Positions 10,869 to 19,933 of a DNA stretch of 64,000 nt are shown one piece after another; the stretch's first letter is position 1, and every line of letters begins with the position of its first letter. The notes under the pieces were generated by a model. It saw only the letters and a program-made list of their open reading frames with translations, had not been told where the DNA came from and did not search any database. The stretch lies in contig PIVJ01000004.1 in assembly GCA_003353955.1 (NCBI GenBank), positions 1,608 through 65,607 of the forward strand. The letters run 5' to 3'. Source of the stretch: Bacteroidota bacterium (GTDB lineage Bacteria > Bacteroidota > Bacteroidia > Bacteroidales > GCA-2711565). The position numbers and the translations under genes were made by a program.

Positions 10869-11373
10869 TTTGATTACTAAAAATATTATTCGTTTTATAT
10901 TTCTGGTATTATTTCAGGTTTTTATACTAAATAATATTCAATTATTTGGGCATTTAAATCCTTACTTATATATTTTATTTATTTTATTACTACCCCTTGA
11001 AACTCCCAGGTGGCTATTACTAGTTTTGGCATTTATCCTTGGATTTAGCATTGATTATTTATCAAACACCATTGGATTAAACATTGCAGCGTCTGTATTT
11101 ATTGCATTTCTCAGGCCTGTTATTATTAGACTTATCTCTCAAAAGACCGAGCTGGGGTCAGGAGTTTATATAGGTATTCGGGACATGGGATTAAAGTGGT
11201 TTTTTCTATATACTGCCATCTTGGTTCTGTCACACCATTTGATATTGTTTTACCTGGAAATTTTTCGATTTACCGATTTTTTTGTTACTTTAAATCGTGC
11301 CACTTTAAGTTTTTTATTTACTATGATATTAATTTTTATAAGTCAATACTTATTTCATTCGTCGAAAAAATAG
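10861..11373 (+). CDS. mreD: rod shape-determining protein MreD
   Basis: Small polytopic membrane protein directly after mreC. ATG at 10861 overlaps the mreC stop (ATGAATAA); the listed start at 10846 is a TTG. Confidence 0.7.
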   Translation: MNNLITKNIIRFIFLVLFQVFILNNIQLFGHLNPYLYILFILLLPLETPRWLLLVLAFILGFSIDYLSNTIGLNIAASVFIAFLRPVIIRLISQKTELGSGVYIGIRDMGLKWFFLYTAILVLSHHLILFYLEIFRFTDFFVTLNRATLSFLFTMILIFISQYLFHSSKK

Positions 11374-11443
11374 CTTGTTCGTATTGTGTTTATTCAGATT
11401 TTATTAGATATTTGTAAACAATATCAATCACTAAAAATTCCTT

Positions 11444-12547
11444 ATGAAAAAACTATTGTATTTAGCACTAATTAGCTTAGTTATTACTTCCTGTTCATTC
11501 GAACCAACTAAAAGCACTTCATTCTCTGTAACTGTAGAATTGGATGGCATTGAAGAAGGAACATTTTATTTGACCAAGGGAAGAGGTAGTCAGGGTGTCC
11601 TTGTAGATTCAGCAGATGCTTCAGGCTTAGTTAAATTTACCGGAAATGTGGATTTCCCTGAAATTTATTATGTTAGCCTACAAAGTAAAAAAGGAAGTAT
11701 GCCTGTATTCATTGATGCGGCAGATATTTTAATTAGCGGCCATATCGATAGTCTTAGACAAATAATAATTACCGGTTCACCTGCTCAGGACGAATTAAAC
11801 ACTTTTAGTGAATCAACAAACGTTTTTGATGAGCAACTTAAAAAACTATATGCGGATTATCGCATTGCGTATCAAGAAAAAAACGAAGAAGTTAGAAGCC
11901 AGTTAGAAGAACAAATGGAATCGCTTCGAGAAAAAAAAGTTGATTTTACTTACAAATATATTCTTGAAAATAATACCAGTGTTGTTGCAGCATACTTAGC
12001 TTATCAAAATAATTATTATTTTGAATTATCACAACTTGAAACCATTGTTCGGGGGTTTGATCTTTCTATTGAACAATCCAGCTATGTTCAAGCATTGAAA
12101 GATAGAGTTGTTGTATTACAAACTGTTGCTATTGGTAAACCATTTATTGATTTTACCATGAACAACACAGAGGATACACCTGTAACTTTTTCATCTTTAT
12201 TAACCGGAAAATATGTATTGATTGATTTTTGGGCAGCATGGTGTGGGCCATGTCGCGGAGAAAACCCTAATGTTGTAGCCGTTTATAATGACTACAAAGA
12301 CAAGGGTTTTAATGTTGTTGGTATTTCGCTCGATAAAGATAAATCCAGATGGTTAGAAGCAATTGAAACAGATAATTTAGCCTGGAGTCACGTTTCTGAT
12401 TTACAATTTTGGGATAATACTGCGGCTAAATTATACGGTGTAAATTCTATACCCCACAGTATTCTATTAGATTCTGATGGAATAATTATCGCTAAAAACC
12501 TAAGGGGACAAGAGTTAAGAGATAAAATTACTGAGCTTTTAGACTAG
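11444..12547 (+). CDS. TlpA/ResA-like thiol:disulfide oxidoreductase lipoprotein
   Basis: Signal peptide with lipobox (ITSC). C-terminal thioredoxin fold with WAAWCGPC. Confidence 0.8.
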   Translation: MKKLLYLALISLVITSCSFEPTKSTSFSVTVELDGIEEGTFYLTKGRGSQGVLVDSADASGLVKFTGNVDFPEIYYVSLQSKKGSMPVFIDAADILISGHIDSLRQIIITGSPAQDELNTFSESTNVFDEQLKKLYADYRIAYQEKNEEVRSQLEEQMESLREKKVDFTYKYILENNTSVVAAYLAYQNNYYFELSQLETIVRGFDLSIEQSSYVQALKDRVVVLQTVAIGKPFIDFTMNNTEDTPVTFSSLLTGKYVLIDFWAAWCGPCRGENPNVVAVYNDYKDKGFNVVGISLDKDKSRWLEAIETDNLAWSHVSDLQFWDNTAAKLYGVNSIPHSILLDSDGIIIAKNLRGQELRDKITELLD

Positions 12548-12570
12548 ATAATTTGTTTATGAAATTTAAA

Positions 12571-12600
12571 ACGCTGGATTTTCGATCTGGCGTTTTTTTT
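12571..12600 (+). terminator. rho-independent terminator after the TlpA-like gene
   Basis: ACGCTGGAT-tttcg-ATCTGGCGT hairpin (two G.U pairs) followed by T8. The T-run abuts the convergent LutB-like stop. Confidence 0.6.
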
Positions 12601-13978
12601 ATTCCTGTTTTTTAATCTCCTTCCAAAGTCTATTAAATGATTTCTTTTCAACTATTGGTAATTCCCGATGGGAACCCCACGATTTTTTAAAGAATTTTTT
12701 TAATGCCAGATTTTTAGATTTTCCACCAAGCATATCCATTTTATTTCTATTAAGCATTGTTTTTTTCCACGTCCTCATTACGATCTTATCCTTAAATCCA
12801 GCATGTTTTTGTTTAACAGAGTCATTTCGATTAACCAATAATAATTCGTGCAAAGGGATTTTAACAGGGCAAACCTCTGTACAAGATCCGCATAATGAAG
12901 AGGCAAAGCTTTGGTGTTTATAATCCTTCATGCTTTTTAAAAACGGATTAATTACAGAGCCTATTGGTCCACTGTAGGTTGTATTATAAGTGTGACCCCC
13001 AATATTTTTATAGATTGGGCATGTATTTAAACAGGCACCACATCTTATACATGATAGTGCTTGCCTTTGTCTTTCTTGTTTTAATAAATTCGTTCGTTTA
13101 TTATCGAGCAATATCACATACATTTTTTCAGGGCCATCTGTTTCATCAGCTTTTTTTGGACCTGTGATAATTGAATTATAAACAGTTATTTTTTGGCCCG
13201 TTCCATATGTTGCCAATAATGGCCAAAATAAATCAAGATATCCAATACTGGGGATTAATTTTTCAACACCAACAACTACAATATGAATTTTAGGAAATGA
13301 AACAGACATGATACCATTTCCTTCATTTTCTGTTAATCCGATTCCACCAATATCGGCAACTAAAAAATTAGCTCCCGTAATTCCAATATCGGCATTTATT
13401 AATTTTTCTCGTAATAGATCTCTAACGATACTTGTTATTTTTTCGGGGGTTGCATTTTTAGGAGTATTAAATTTTTCATTAAAAAGTGCTGCCACGTCTT
13501 CTTTGGATTTATGCATCGCAGGCGTTACAATATGATACGGTTTTTCACCGGCAAGTTGAATAATATACTCACCTAAATCGGTTTCAACAGACTCAATATT
13601 CTTCTTTGTAAGAGCCTCATTTAACTCAATTTCTTCAGTGGTCATTGATTTTGATTTTACCACCTTGGTAGCACTGTGTTTCTTGGCTATTTCCAGAATT
13701 CCCTTAATTGCTTCTTTGTGATCTTGTGCCCAAATTACTTTTCCACCATTATTTCTAAAATTATCTTCAAACTGAATTAAATATTCATCAAGATCATTAA
13801 TAATTTTATACTTTAAAAAGGCAGCTCTTTCTTTAGCCTTTTCAAGTTTACTAAATTGTTTTTTACCTTCTATAACAGAATGATCGTATTTAGAAATATT
13901 GAAATTTATCTTTTTTCTGTGTTCCAGATCAAAAGCTTTAATTCCTGATTCCTTAATAAACTGATTATATATTTCCAA
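12599..13978 (-). CDS. LUD-domain iron-sulfur protein (LutB-like lactate utilisation protein B)
   Basis: Two ferredoxin-type clusters, CIRCGACLNTCP and CGSCTEVCP, follow an N-terminal LUD/DUF162-like domain. TTG start. Confidence 0.75.
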   Translation of the reverse strand: MEIYNQFIKESGIKAFDLEHRKKINFNISKYDHSVIEGKKQFSKLEKAKERAAFLKYKIINDLDEYLIQFEDNFRNNGGKVIWAQDHKEAIKGILEIAKKHSATKVVKSKSMTTEEIELNEALTKKNIESVETDLGEYIIQLAGEKPYHIVTPAMHKSKEDVAALFNEKFNTPKNATPEKITSIVRDLLREKLINADIGITGANFLVADIGGIGLTENEGNGIMSVSFPKIHIVVVGVEKLIPSIGYLDLFWPLLATYGTGQKITVYNSIITGPKKADETDGPEKMYVILLDNKRTNLLKQERQRQALSCIRCGACLNTCPIYKNIGGHTYNTTYSGPIGSVINPFLKSMKDYKHQSFASSLCGSCTEVCPVKIPLHELLLVNRNDSVKQKHAGFKDKIVMRTWKKTMLNRNKMDMLGGKSKNLALKKFFKKSWGSHRELPIVEKKSFNRLWKEIKKQE

Positions 13979-13984
13979 GTTAAT

Positions 13985-14419
13985 TTATTTTTTAGCTATT
14001 TTTTCAACTCTAACCAAATGTCTTCCACCTTCAAATTCTGTATTTAAAAAAACATTAACCATATTCAGGGCTAATTTAAAATCAACAAAACGTGCAGGTA
14101 TTGAAATAATATTAGCATTATTATGTTGACGAATTAAAGTAGATTGTTCTATATTCCAGCATAACCCGGCCCTAACATTTGGGTATTTATTTGCTGTCAT
14201 CTGAGCACCATTTCCACTACCACATAAAATAATTCCACGTTTATATTTTCCCGTATTAATAGCATATGCAAGTGGGTGAATCATATCAGGATAATCAACA
14301 CTCTCAAAAGAAAATGTACCATAATCCTTAATATCATAACCCATGCTTATTAATTTTTTCTTTAAATATTCCTTGGTTTCAAAGCCCCCATGATCAGATG
14401 CAATAGGTATAGTGCTCAT
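13985..14419 (-). CDS. rpiB: ribose-5-phosphate isomerase B
   Basis: 144 aa; IASDHGG and ILCGSGNGAQMTANK RpiB/LacAB motifs. Confidence 0.9.
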   Translation of the reverse strand: MSTIPIASDHGGFETKEYLKKKLISMGYDIKDYGTFSFESVDYPDMIHPLAYAINTGKYKRGIILCGSGNGAQMTANKYPNVRAGLCWNIEQSTLIRQHNNANIISIPARFVDFKLALNMVNVFLNTEFEGGRHLVRVEKIAKK

Positions 14420-14770
14420 TATTTTTATTATTGTTAATAAATTAATCTCCCAAATTTACTTAAAAAAATAGGTAGAGTAATTATCTTCCTAAGAATTAGA
14501 TAATTATTTTTTATCTTAATATTACTTTTTATATATTTTATTAATCATCAATATTTTATAAGTTTTTAACAATTTAATGTTTATATAAATTAACTATTGT
14601 TACTAAAAATTAATATTAAGATTTAATAATAATAAATTATTAACAGCTATCAATAATAAATTTATTTATCAATAATTATAAAAATTTATTTACTATTTAT
14701 CAACTTTTTATTTTTCAATTTTACTTATAATTTATGAACAGTTTAATAAAAAGTAATTTTGTTAATAATT

Positions 14771-14786
14771 AATTAAATATTTAATT
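14771..14786. repeat. 16-bp perfect palindrome AATTAAATATTTAATT, copy 1
   Basis: Exact self-complementary 16-mer, repeated identically at 14910-14925. Confidence 0.8.
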
Positions 14787-14909
14787 ATTAATTATTTATA
14801 ATTAATAACATTATTTAAAATATGTTAATTAAATTGTAAAAATAAATTTGTCAAGTATATTTTAAATTAGTTTTTATACCTATTAACAGTATATTATTAT
14901 TAATATAAA

Positions 14910-14925
14910 AATTAAATATTTAATT
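14910..14925. repeat. 16-bp perfect palindrome AATTAAATATTTAATT, copy 2
   Basis: Identical to 14771-14786. Lies 58 nt upstream of the nadA ATG. Confidence 0.8.
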
Positions 14926-14982
14926 AATAATAATACTAACATTATAAACTTAAAATATAAAAAATATTAATTTTGTTTTTCT

Positions 14983-15921
14983 ATGGATAATGTAAGGGAA
15001 ATTAAAAAGCTTCGGAAAGAAAAGGATGCAATTATTTTAGCACATTATTATCAGATTCCTGAAATACAGGATATAGCAGATTATGTTGGTGATAGTTTAG
15101 GATTAGCCCAAAAAGCTGAAAATACAAATGCAAAGTTAATTATTTTCGCAGGTGTACACTTTATGGCTGAAACCGCAAAAATTATTAATCCTAATATTAA
15201 AGTTTTATTACCGGATTTAGAAGCAGGTTGTTCATTAGCAGAATCATGTCCACCAGAAAAATTTAAAAAATTTAAAGAACAATATCCTGATCATTTAGTA
15301 ATATCATATATTAACTGTACAGCTGCTATAAAAACAATGTCTGATATTATTTGTACCTCTGGAAACGCTGTAAAAATTGTTGAATCATTACCAAAAAATC
15401 AAAAAATAATTTTTGCCCCTGATAAAAATTTAGGAGGTTATATTAATAATATTACAGGTAGAAAAATGGTATTATGGAATGGATTCTGTGAGGTACATGA
15501 TATTTTATCAATCGAAGCTATAATAAAATTAAAAATTAAAAATCCTGATGCAAAATTAGTGGCACATCCTGAATGTAAAGGCCAGGTTTTAGAACTTGCT
15601 GATTTTATTGGGTCAACCAATTCAATGCTTAATTTCACCAAAACAGATAAAAGTGAAAAATATATTATTGCAACCGAAAGTGGAATTTTACATCAAATGC
15701 AAAAAAATTCACCTAAAAAAGAATTTATAATTGTTCCAACTGATGAAACCTGTTCATGTAATGATTGTCCTTATATGAAACTTAATACATTAGAAAAATT
15801 GTATTTGTGTTTAAAAAATGAAGAACCGGAGATAAAATTATCTAATGAAATAATTAAGCAGGCAAAATTGCCTATCTTTAAAATGCTTAATATTTCAAAA
15901 AAACTGAACATAATCAAATAA
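14983..15921 (+). CDS. nadA: quinolinate synthase
   Basis: ILAHYYQ, GVHFMAET, HPEC and CSCNDCPYM motifs. Markedly AT-rich codon usage relative to its neighbours. Confidence 0.9.
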   Translation: MDNVREIKKLRKEKDAIILAHYYQIPEIQDIADYVGDSLGLAQKAENTNAKLIIFAGVHFMAETAKIINPNIKVLLPDLEAGCSLAESCPPEKFKKFKEQYPDHLVISYINCTAAIKTMSDIICTSGNAVKIVESLPKNQKIIFAPDKNLGGYINNITGRKMVLWNGFCEVHDILSIEAIIKLKIKNPDAKLVAHPECKGQVLELADFIGSTNSMLNFTKTDKSEKYIIATESGILHQMQKNSPKKEFIIVPTDETCSCNDCPYMKLNTLEKLYLCLKNEEPEIKLSNEIIKQAKLPIFKMLNISKKLNIIK

Positions 15922-16061
15922 ATTTTATTAAAATCAGTTAGTTTATAATGTAAGTATTAAAAAATAAAGCTTATATAAATAGACTTACACAGTGGGTTGT
16001 TAAAGGAAGAAAGGTAAATAAAAATTAATACATCTATATTAATAAAATACCTAATTAAAAA

Positions 16062-16067
16062 AGGAGG
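16062..16067 (+). promoter_or_regulatory. canonical Shine-Dalgarno AGGAGG, 5 nt before the ATG at 16073
   Basis: aaAGGAGGgtaaaATG. One of only two such sites I could find in front of any CDS in the window. Confidence 0.7.
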
Positions 16068-16072
16068 GTAAA

Positions 16073-16660
16073 ATGATTAAAAAATTAGTTTTTACTGTAT
16101 TGACTGCATTGGTAATTGTTTCGTGCGCAAATAATACCAAAAAACAAGAAACGGATGAAAAAACAATAGTTGAAACATCAGTAATAGATTTTTCAGAAAA
16201 GGCGACAGATTTAGTAGGGTCAACAGTAATGATATCAGCAACCGTTAACCATGTTTGCACTCATGGTGGTAAAAAAATGTTTCTGATTACTGAGGGTAGT
16301 GATGCGTCTGTTAAAATAGTACCCTCAGAGAAAATAGCAGCTTTTAATACTGATTTGGTAGGAAGCGAAATACAAGTAACAGGCTTTATCGAAGAGTTAA
16401 TTATTGACGAAGCATATTTGCTTGAGTGGGAAAGTGAATTATTGACGGTTAATGAATCCGATGAGGTCACAGAAATTGAAGGAGATGGACATGGTACCGG
16501 CAAAGGTGAGGTCGCTGATATGGGCGAACACATTGCCGCCAAAGCAAGTATTACAAATTATCGTAAGCAAATGAGTGAAGGCGGGGTAGATCATCTTGCG
16601 TTTTACACAATAGTTTGTGAGAAATTTGAAGTATTAAAACCAGCCGTAATAGAAGAGTAA
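16073..16660 (+). CDS. lipoprotein of unknown function
   Basis: Signal peptide plus lipobox (VIVSC), with an acidic, His/Gly-rich central region (EGDGHGTGKGEVADMGEH). No family recognised. Confidence 0.6.
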   Translation: MIKKLVFTVLTALVIVSCANNTKKQETDEKTIVETSVIDFSEKATDLVGSTVMISATVNHVCTHGGKKMFLITEGSDASVKIVPSEKIAAFNTDLVGSEIQVTGFIEELIIDEAYLLEWESELLTVNESDEVTEIEGDGHGTGKGEVADMGEHIAAKASITNYRKQMSEGGVDHLAFYTIVCEKFEVLKPAVIEE

Positions 16661-16711
16661 AATAAATTATTGGATCGGTTTTCTGCCGGTTCTTTTTAAT
16701 TCAACATTATA

Positions 16712-17263
16712 ATGAGTATAAATTGGAGAAAATGGAATCGTGTGATTCATCGCGATTTTGGTTATTTCTTTTTTGGCATGACAATTATATATTGCTTATC
16801 AGGAATTGCCATAAACCATATGAGTGATTGGAATCCGAACTATATCATAACTACTCAGGAAATACAGGTAGATTTAACAAGTAAAATCGATAAAAAATTC
16901 ATCAAAAATTTCCTTGCCAAGAATGAGATTGATAATCGATATTTAAACCACTATTTTCCGTCAGAGGATGATCTAAAGGTTTTTTTAAAAGAGGGAAGTG
17001 TTTATCTAAATCTTGAAACAGGATTAGGTTTGGTTGAATTAACGAAAAGAAGAATGTTTTTTAAGCCGATGAACTATCTTCATTATAATCCAATTAAATA
17101 TTGGACTTGGTATTCGGATATATTTTCCGGCGCATTAATTATAATCGCAATTAGCGGTTTATTTATTGTTCGAGGTAAAAAAGGAATCACGAAACGTGGT
17201 GCCTGGATGACTATAGTTGGAATACTTATGCCTATTATATTTTTGATTATATTTTATTTTTAA
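16712..17263 (+). CDS. PepSY-associated TM-helix family membrane protein
   Basis: N-terminal WRKWNRVIHRDFGYFFFGMTIIYCLSGIAINH pattern and C-terminal TM helices resemble the PepSY_TM family. Confidence 0.6.
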   Translation: MSINWRKWNRVIHRDFGYFFFGMTIIYCLSGIAINHMSDWNPNYIITTQEIQVDLTSKIDKKFIKNFLAKNEIDNRYLNHYFPSEDDLKVFLKEGSVYLNLETGLGLVELTKRRMFFKPMNYLHYNPIKYWTWYSDIFSGALIIIAISGLFIVRGKKGITKRGAWMTIVGILMPIIFLIIFYF

Positions 17264-17273
17264 AGAACTTATT

Positions 17274-17447
17274 ATGAGTGAAATAATAATTGTTGTACTG
17301 TTTCTGATCTGGTATATTGGTTCTTTAATTGTTTCAGAGATAGTTTCAAAAGACAGCAAAATAAGTACAGAGTGGATATTTTTTATTAGCATGATTTTTA
17401 GCCCCATAATTGGATTAATAGTTTCTGTTTTTGCTAAACAAAAATAA
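17274..17447 (+). CDS. possible 57-aa two-helix membrane mini-protein (below the ORF-track cut-off)
   Basis: ATG at 17274 lies 11 nt after the PepSY-TM stop. MSEIIIVVLFLIWYIGSLIV..FFISMIFSPIIGLIVSVFAKQK gives two hydrophobic helices. Its stop abuts the convergent kinase stop. Confidence 0.3.
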   Translation: MSEIIIVVLFLIWYIGSLIVSEIVSKDSKISTEWIFFISMIFSPIIGLIVSVFAKQK

Positions 17448-19220
17448 TTACCCTGAAGATCTGGGTAGTGTAAATAAAAACTCAAGCCCTCCTTTTTTAC
17501 TATTTCTTACAGAAATATTGCCCCGGAGTGACTGAATTGCATTTTTTACGATAGCTAAGCCCAATCCAGTTCCACCAGTTTTTCGTGAACGACCAGAATC
17601 AATTCTGTAAAATCGTTCAAATATGCGATTTAAGTGTTCTTCGGGTATACCGATTCCGGTGTCACTAAGTGATAAATAATAATATTTTTCATCTAAGGAA
17701 TATTGTGAAATATTAATTACAGTATCATCACCGGCATATTTTATTGAATTATCAATCAGATTGTGAAAAATGGAAATCAGTAGTTCCTGATTACCATTAA
17801 CGACTATTTGCTCACTAACATTACTCCTAATATCAATACCTTTTTCCGTAATGGGAATTTTAAAATTTTCTATTACCTCATCAATAATTTTTTTAAGAAT
17901 CATTGGTTCTAGCGTAAATTTTCCAATTGACTCCTCAATTTTATTTAGCACTAAAATATCTTCAATAAGTTCTTTTAATCTATTTGCCTGAGCAAATGCC
18001 TTATCAATAAAATAAAACTGTTTTTCTTTATCTAGTTTGTCGCCCTGTAACGTTTCCAGAAAACCCATTACAGCCGCTACAGGAGTTTTAAGCTCATGAG
18101 TAATGTTAGAGGTTATCTGCTGTTTTATAATATGACGTTTGACTAAACGAGTCGTATCCGTAATTATTATTTCAAAACTTTTGTCTGCGAAAATAATACA
18201 TTTTATATTAAAATAATGACCATTTTTGTGCAGACCATATTCTGATCGTGGTAATTTATTTCCTGAAATAAGCACCCCATCATTTATATGATCACTAATA
18301 AAATTTAATACGGGTCGAAACTCTTCAACCTTAAAAACCTTTTCAGCTGAAATACTGGATTTTTCTGATATAATATTTAAAAATTGTATAAAATGATTAT
18401 TGGTGAGTGTTTTTTCCTTCTTGGAAGAAAAGAAAGCAACTCCTTCATTTAAGGCATTTAGGTGATTATATAGTTTTTCTCTCTCCAACATAATTGTATC
18501 CTTTGTATTTTCTAGTTCTTTATACACTTTAATAATTTGTCGACTAATTACCCCTAATTCGTCATCAGGAAACTGTATCTCTTCAGGAATGTGTTCACCG
18601 GTATTTAAACGAATTACAAAGTCTTTAAGTTGATCAATCGTTTTTGCTAATTTATTTGTAAGAGCATTTAATACCAACCATAAAATAATGAAGAGTGCAG
18701 TGATAAAAAATAAAAATAATTGATCAGCTTTTAAATAATCAATTATATTGTTGTTATAGTGTACGGCGGTTCGTACAAAATATTTTCCATAAAAGCGTGC
18801 ATAATAATAATAAGCTTCATTTGTTGTTGAGGAAGTACGAATATTAGCTCCGAACTCTGAACCAACAGATTCCTGAATTTCGGGTCTGTTTAAATGATTT
18901 TCCATACCTGATACATCACTCACTTCACTGTCAAAAAGAACAAGACCCATGGCATCAGCTATTGTAATTCTGATACCTGATTGGGGAAGAATTTCCAATA
19001 AGGATTTAAGAGAAGAATAATCAGCTGAAGAAAAAATGTGATTTTTCACCAAATAATTATTCATAATTATGGTAATATTATCCAACGTATTTTCAAGCTG
19101 GCTGCGTCGAAATTCTTTTTCGCGTTGAGCCTGAAATATAAGAATCATAAGTGTAAATACTACAAATATGGACAAACGAGAGATAAAGAGACGTCTTCTA
19201 AAATTCAATTTTCTTTTCAT
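17448..19220 (-). CDS. phoR: sensor histidine kinase, PhoR-like
   Basis: H-box ITHELKTPV, N-box HNLIDNSIKY and G-box GGTGLGLAIV, with two N-terminal TM helices. Last gene of the pst-phoU-phoB cluster. Confidence 0.85.
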   Translation of the reverse strand: MKRKLNFRRRLFISRLSIFVVFTLMILIFQAQREKEFRRSQLENTLDNITIIMNNYLVKNHIFSSADYSSLKSLLEILPQSGIRITIADAMGLVLFDSEVSDVSGMENHLNRPEIQESVGSEFGANIRTSSTTNEAYYYYARFYGKYFVRTAVHYNNNIIDYLKADQLFLFFITALFIILWLVLNALTNKLAKTIDQLKDFVIRLNTGEHIPEEIQFPDDELGVISRQIIKVYKELENTKDTIMLEREKLYNHLNALNEGVAFFSSKKEKTLTNNHFIQFLNIISEKSSISAEKVFKVEEFRPVLNFISDHINDGVLISGNKLPRSEYGLHKNGHYFNIKCIIFADKSFEIIITDTTRLVKRHIIKQQITSNITHELKTPVAAVMGFLETLQGDKLDKEKQFYFIDKAFAQANRLKELIEDILVLNKIEESIGKFTLEPMILKKIIDEVIENFKIPITEKGIDIRSNVSEQIVVNGNQELLISIFHNLIDNSIKYAGDDTVINISQYSLDEKYYYLSLSDTGIGIPEEHLNRIFERFYRIDSGRSRKTGGTGLGLAIVKNAIQSLRGNISVRNSKKGGLEFLFTLPRSSG

Positions 19221-19241
19221 TAGATTGATGTTCTGTGTTTA

Positions 19242-19928
19242 TTAGTAATCGAAACTATAACCGTACCCAGTCCTACTCTTAAGGTGTTTACCATATTTGC
19301 CCATCTTTTTCCTAAGTCGGGTAATATGAACATCAATTGTGCGATCGGTAACTACAACACGGCCTTCCCAAATAGTTTTTAAAATTTCTTCTCTGGAGAA
19401 AACCTGGCCTTTGTTTGTTAATAAAAAGTTGAATATTTCAAATTCTTTACGGGTGAGTGTTATAGGCTTATTATTAATAAATAATTTTCGACCCAAAAAA
19501 CTTAATTTCAACCCTTTAATTTCTAAGTTTTGCTTAAGATCGGGGGGGGGCGATACCGAACGACTGAGAACTGCTTTTACCCTGGCTATTAATTCATGTA
19601 TTGAAAAGGGTTTTGTTATGTAATCATCCCCTCCTAAACTAAAGCCGGTTAATAAATCGTTTTCTGTTGTTTTGGCAGTAATAAAAATAATTGGGATGCT
19701 TAACTTGTGTTTTTTTCGGATGATTTTTGCAAATTTAAATCCTGATGTTTCTCCCATCATTACATCAAGTAGGATCAAATTAAAACGCTTTAAATCTTTT
19801 TTTAAGGCAGCTTCTGCAGAATATGCAGTTTCAGTTTCATAGCCTTCTCCGTCTAAATTAAATTGAATAATCTCACAAAGATCTTCTTCATCGTCAACAA
19901 TTAAAATTCGTGTTTTTTTCTCGCCCAT
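19242..19928 (-). CDS. phoB: OmpR/PhoB-family response regulator
   Basis: Receiver domain (ILIVDDEEDL, LDVMMG, ITAK) and winged-helix output (LTRKEFEIF, DVHITRLRKK). Sits next to phoU. Confidence 0.9.
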   Translation of the reverse strand: MGEKKTRILIVDDEEDLCEIIQFNLDGEGYETETAYSAEAALKKDLKRFNLILLDVMMGETSGFKFAKIIRKKHKLSIPIIFITAKTTENDLLTGFSLGGDDYITKPFSIHELIARVKAVLSRSVSPPPDLKQNLEIKGLKLSFLGRKLFINNKPITLTRKEFEIFNFLLTNKGQVFSREEILKTIWEGRVVVTDRTIDVHITRLRKKMGKYGKHLKSRTGYGYSFDY

Positions 19929-19933
19929 ATTTA

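Larger units (their letters stand above)
14420..14982. other. extreme AT-rich ORF-free spacer between divergent rpiB and nadA
   Basis: Hand count is about 57 G/C in 563 nt (about 10% GC). No ORF. Contains repeated AT words and palindromes. Confidence 0.9.

Noticed and set aside
14420-14982. Extreme AT tract as a replication origin
   Set aside because: I could not find DnaA-box clusters in or beside it (the best is TTATCAACT, with two mismatches). The flanking genes are not origin-associated.
14900-14982. NAD+ (nadA-motif) riboswitch upstream of nadA
   Set aside because: The known nadA motif has GC-containing paired domains, and this leader is almost pure A/T with no such stems. A TAATTTTG -7-like box at 14968-14975 leaves almost no leader.
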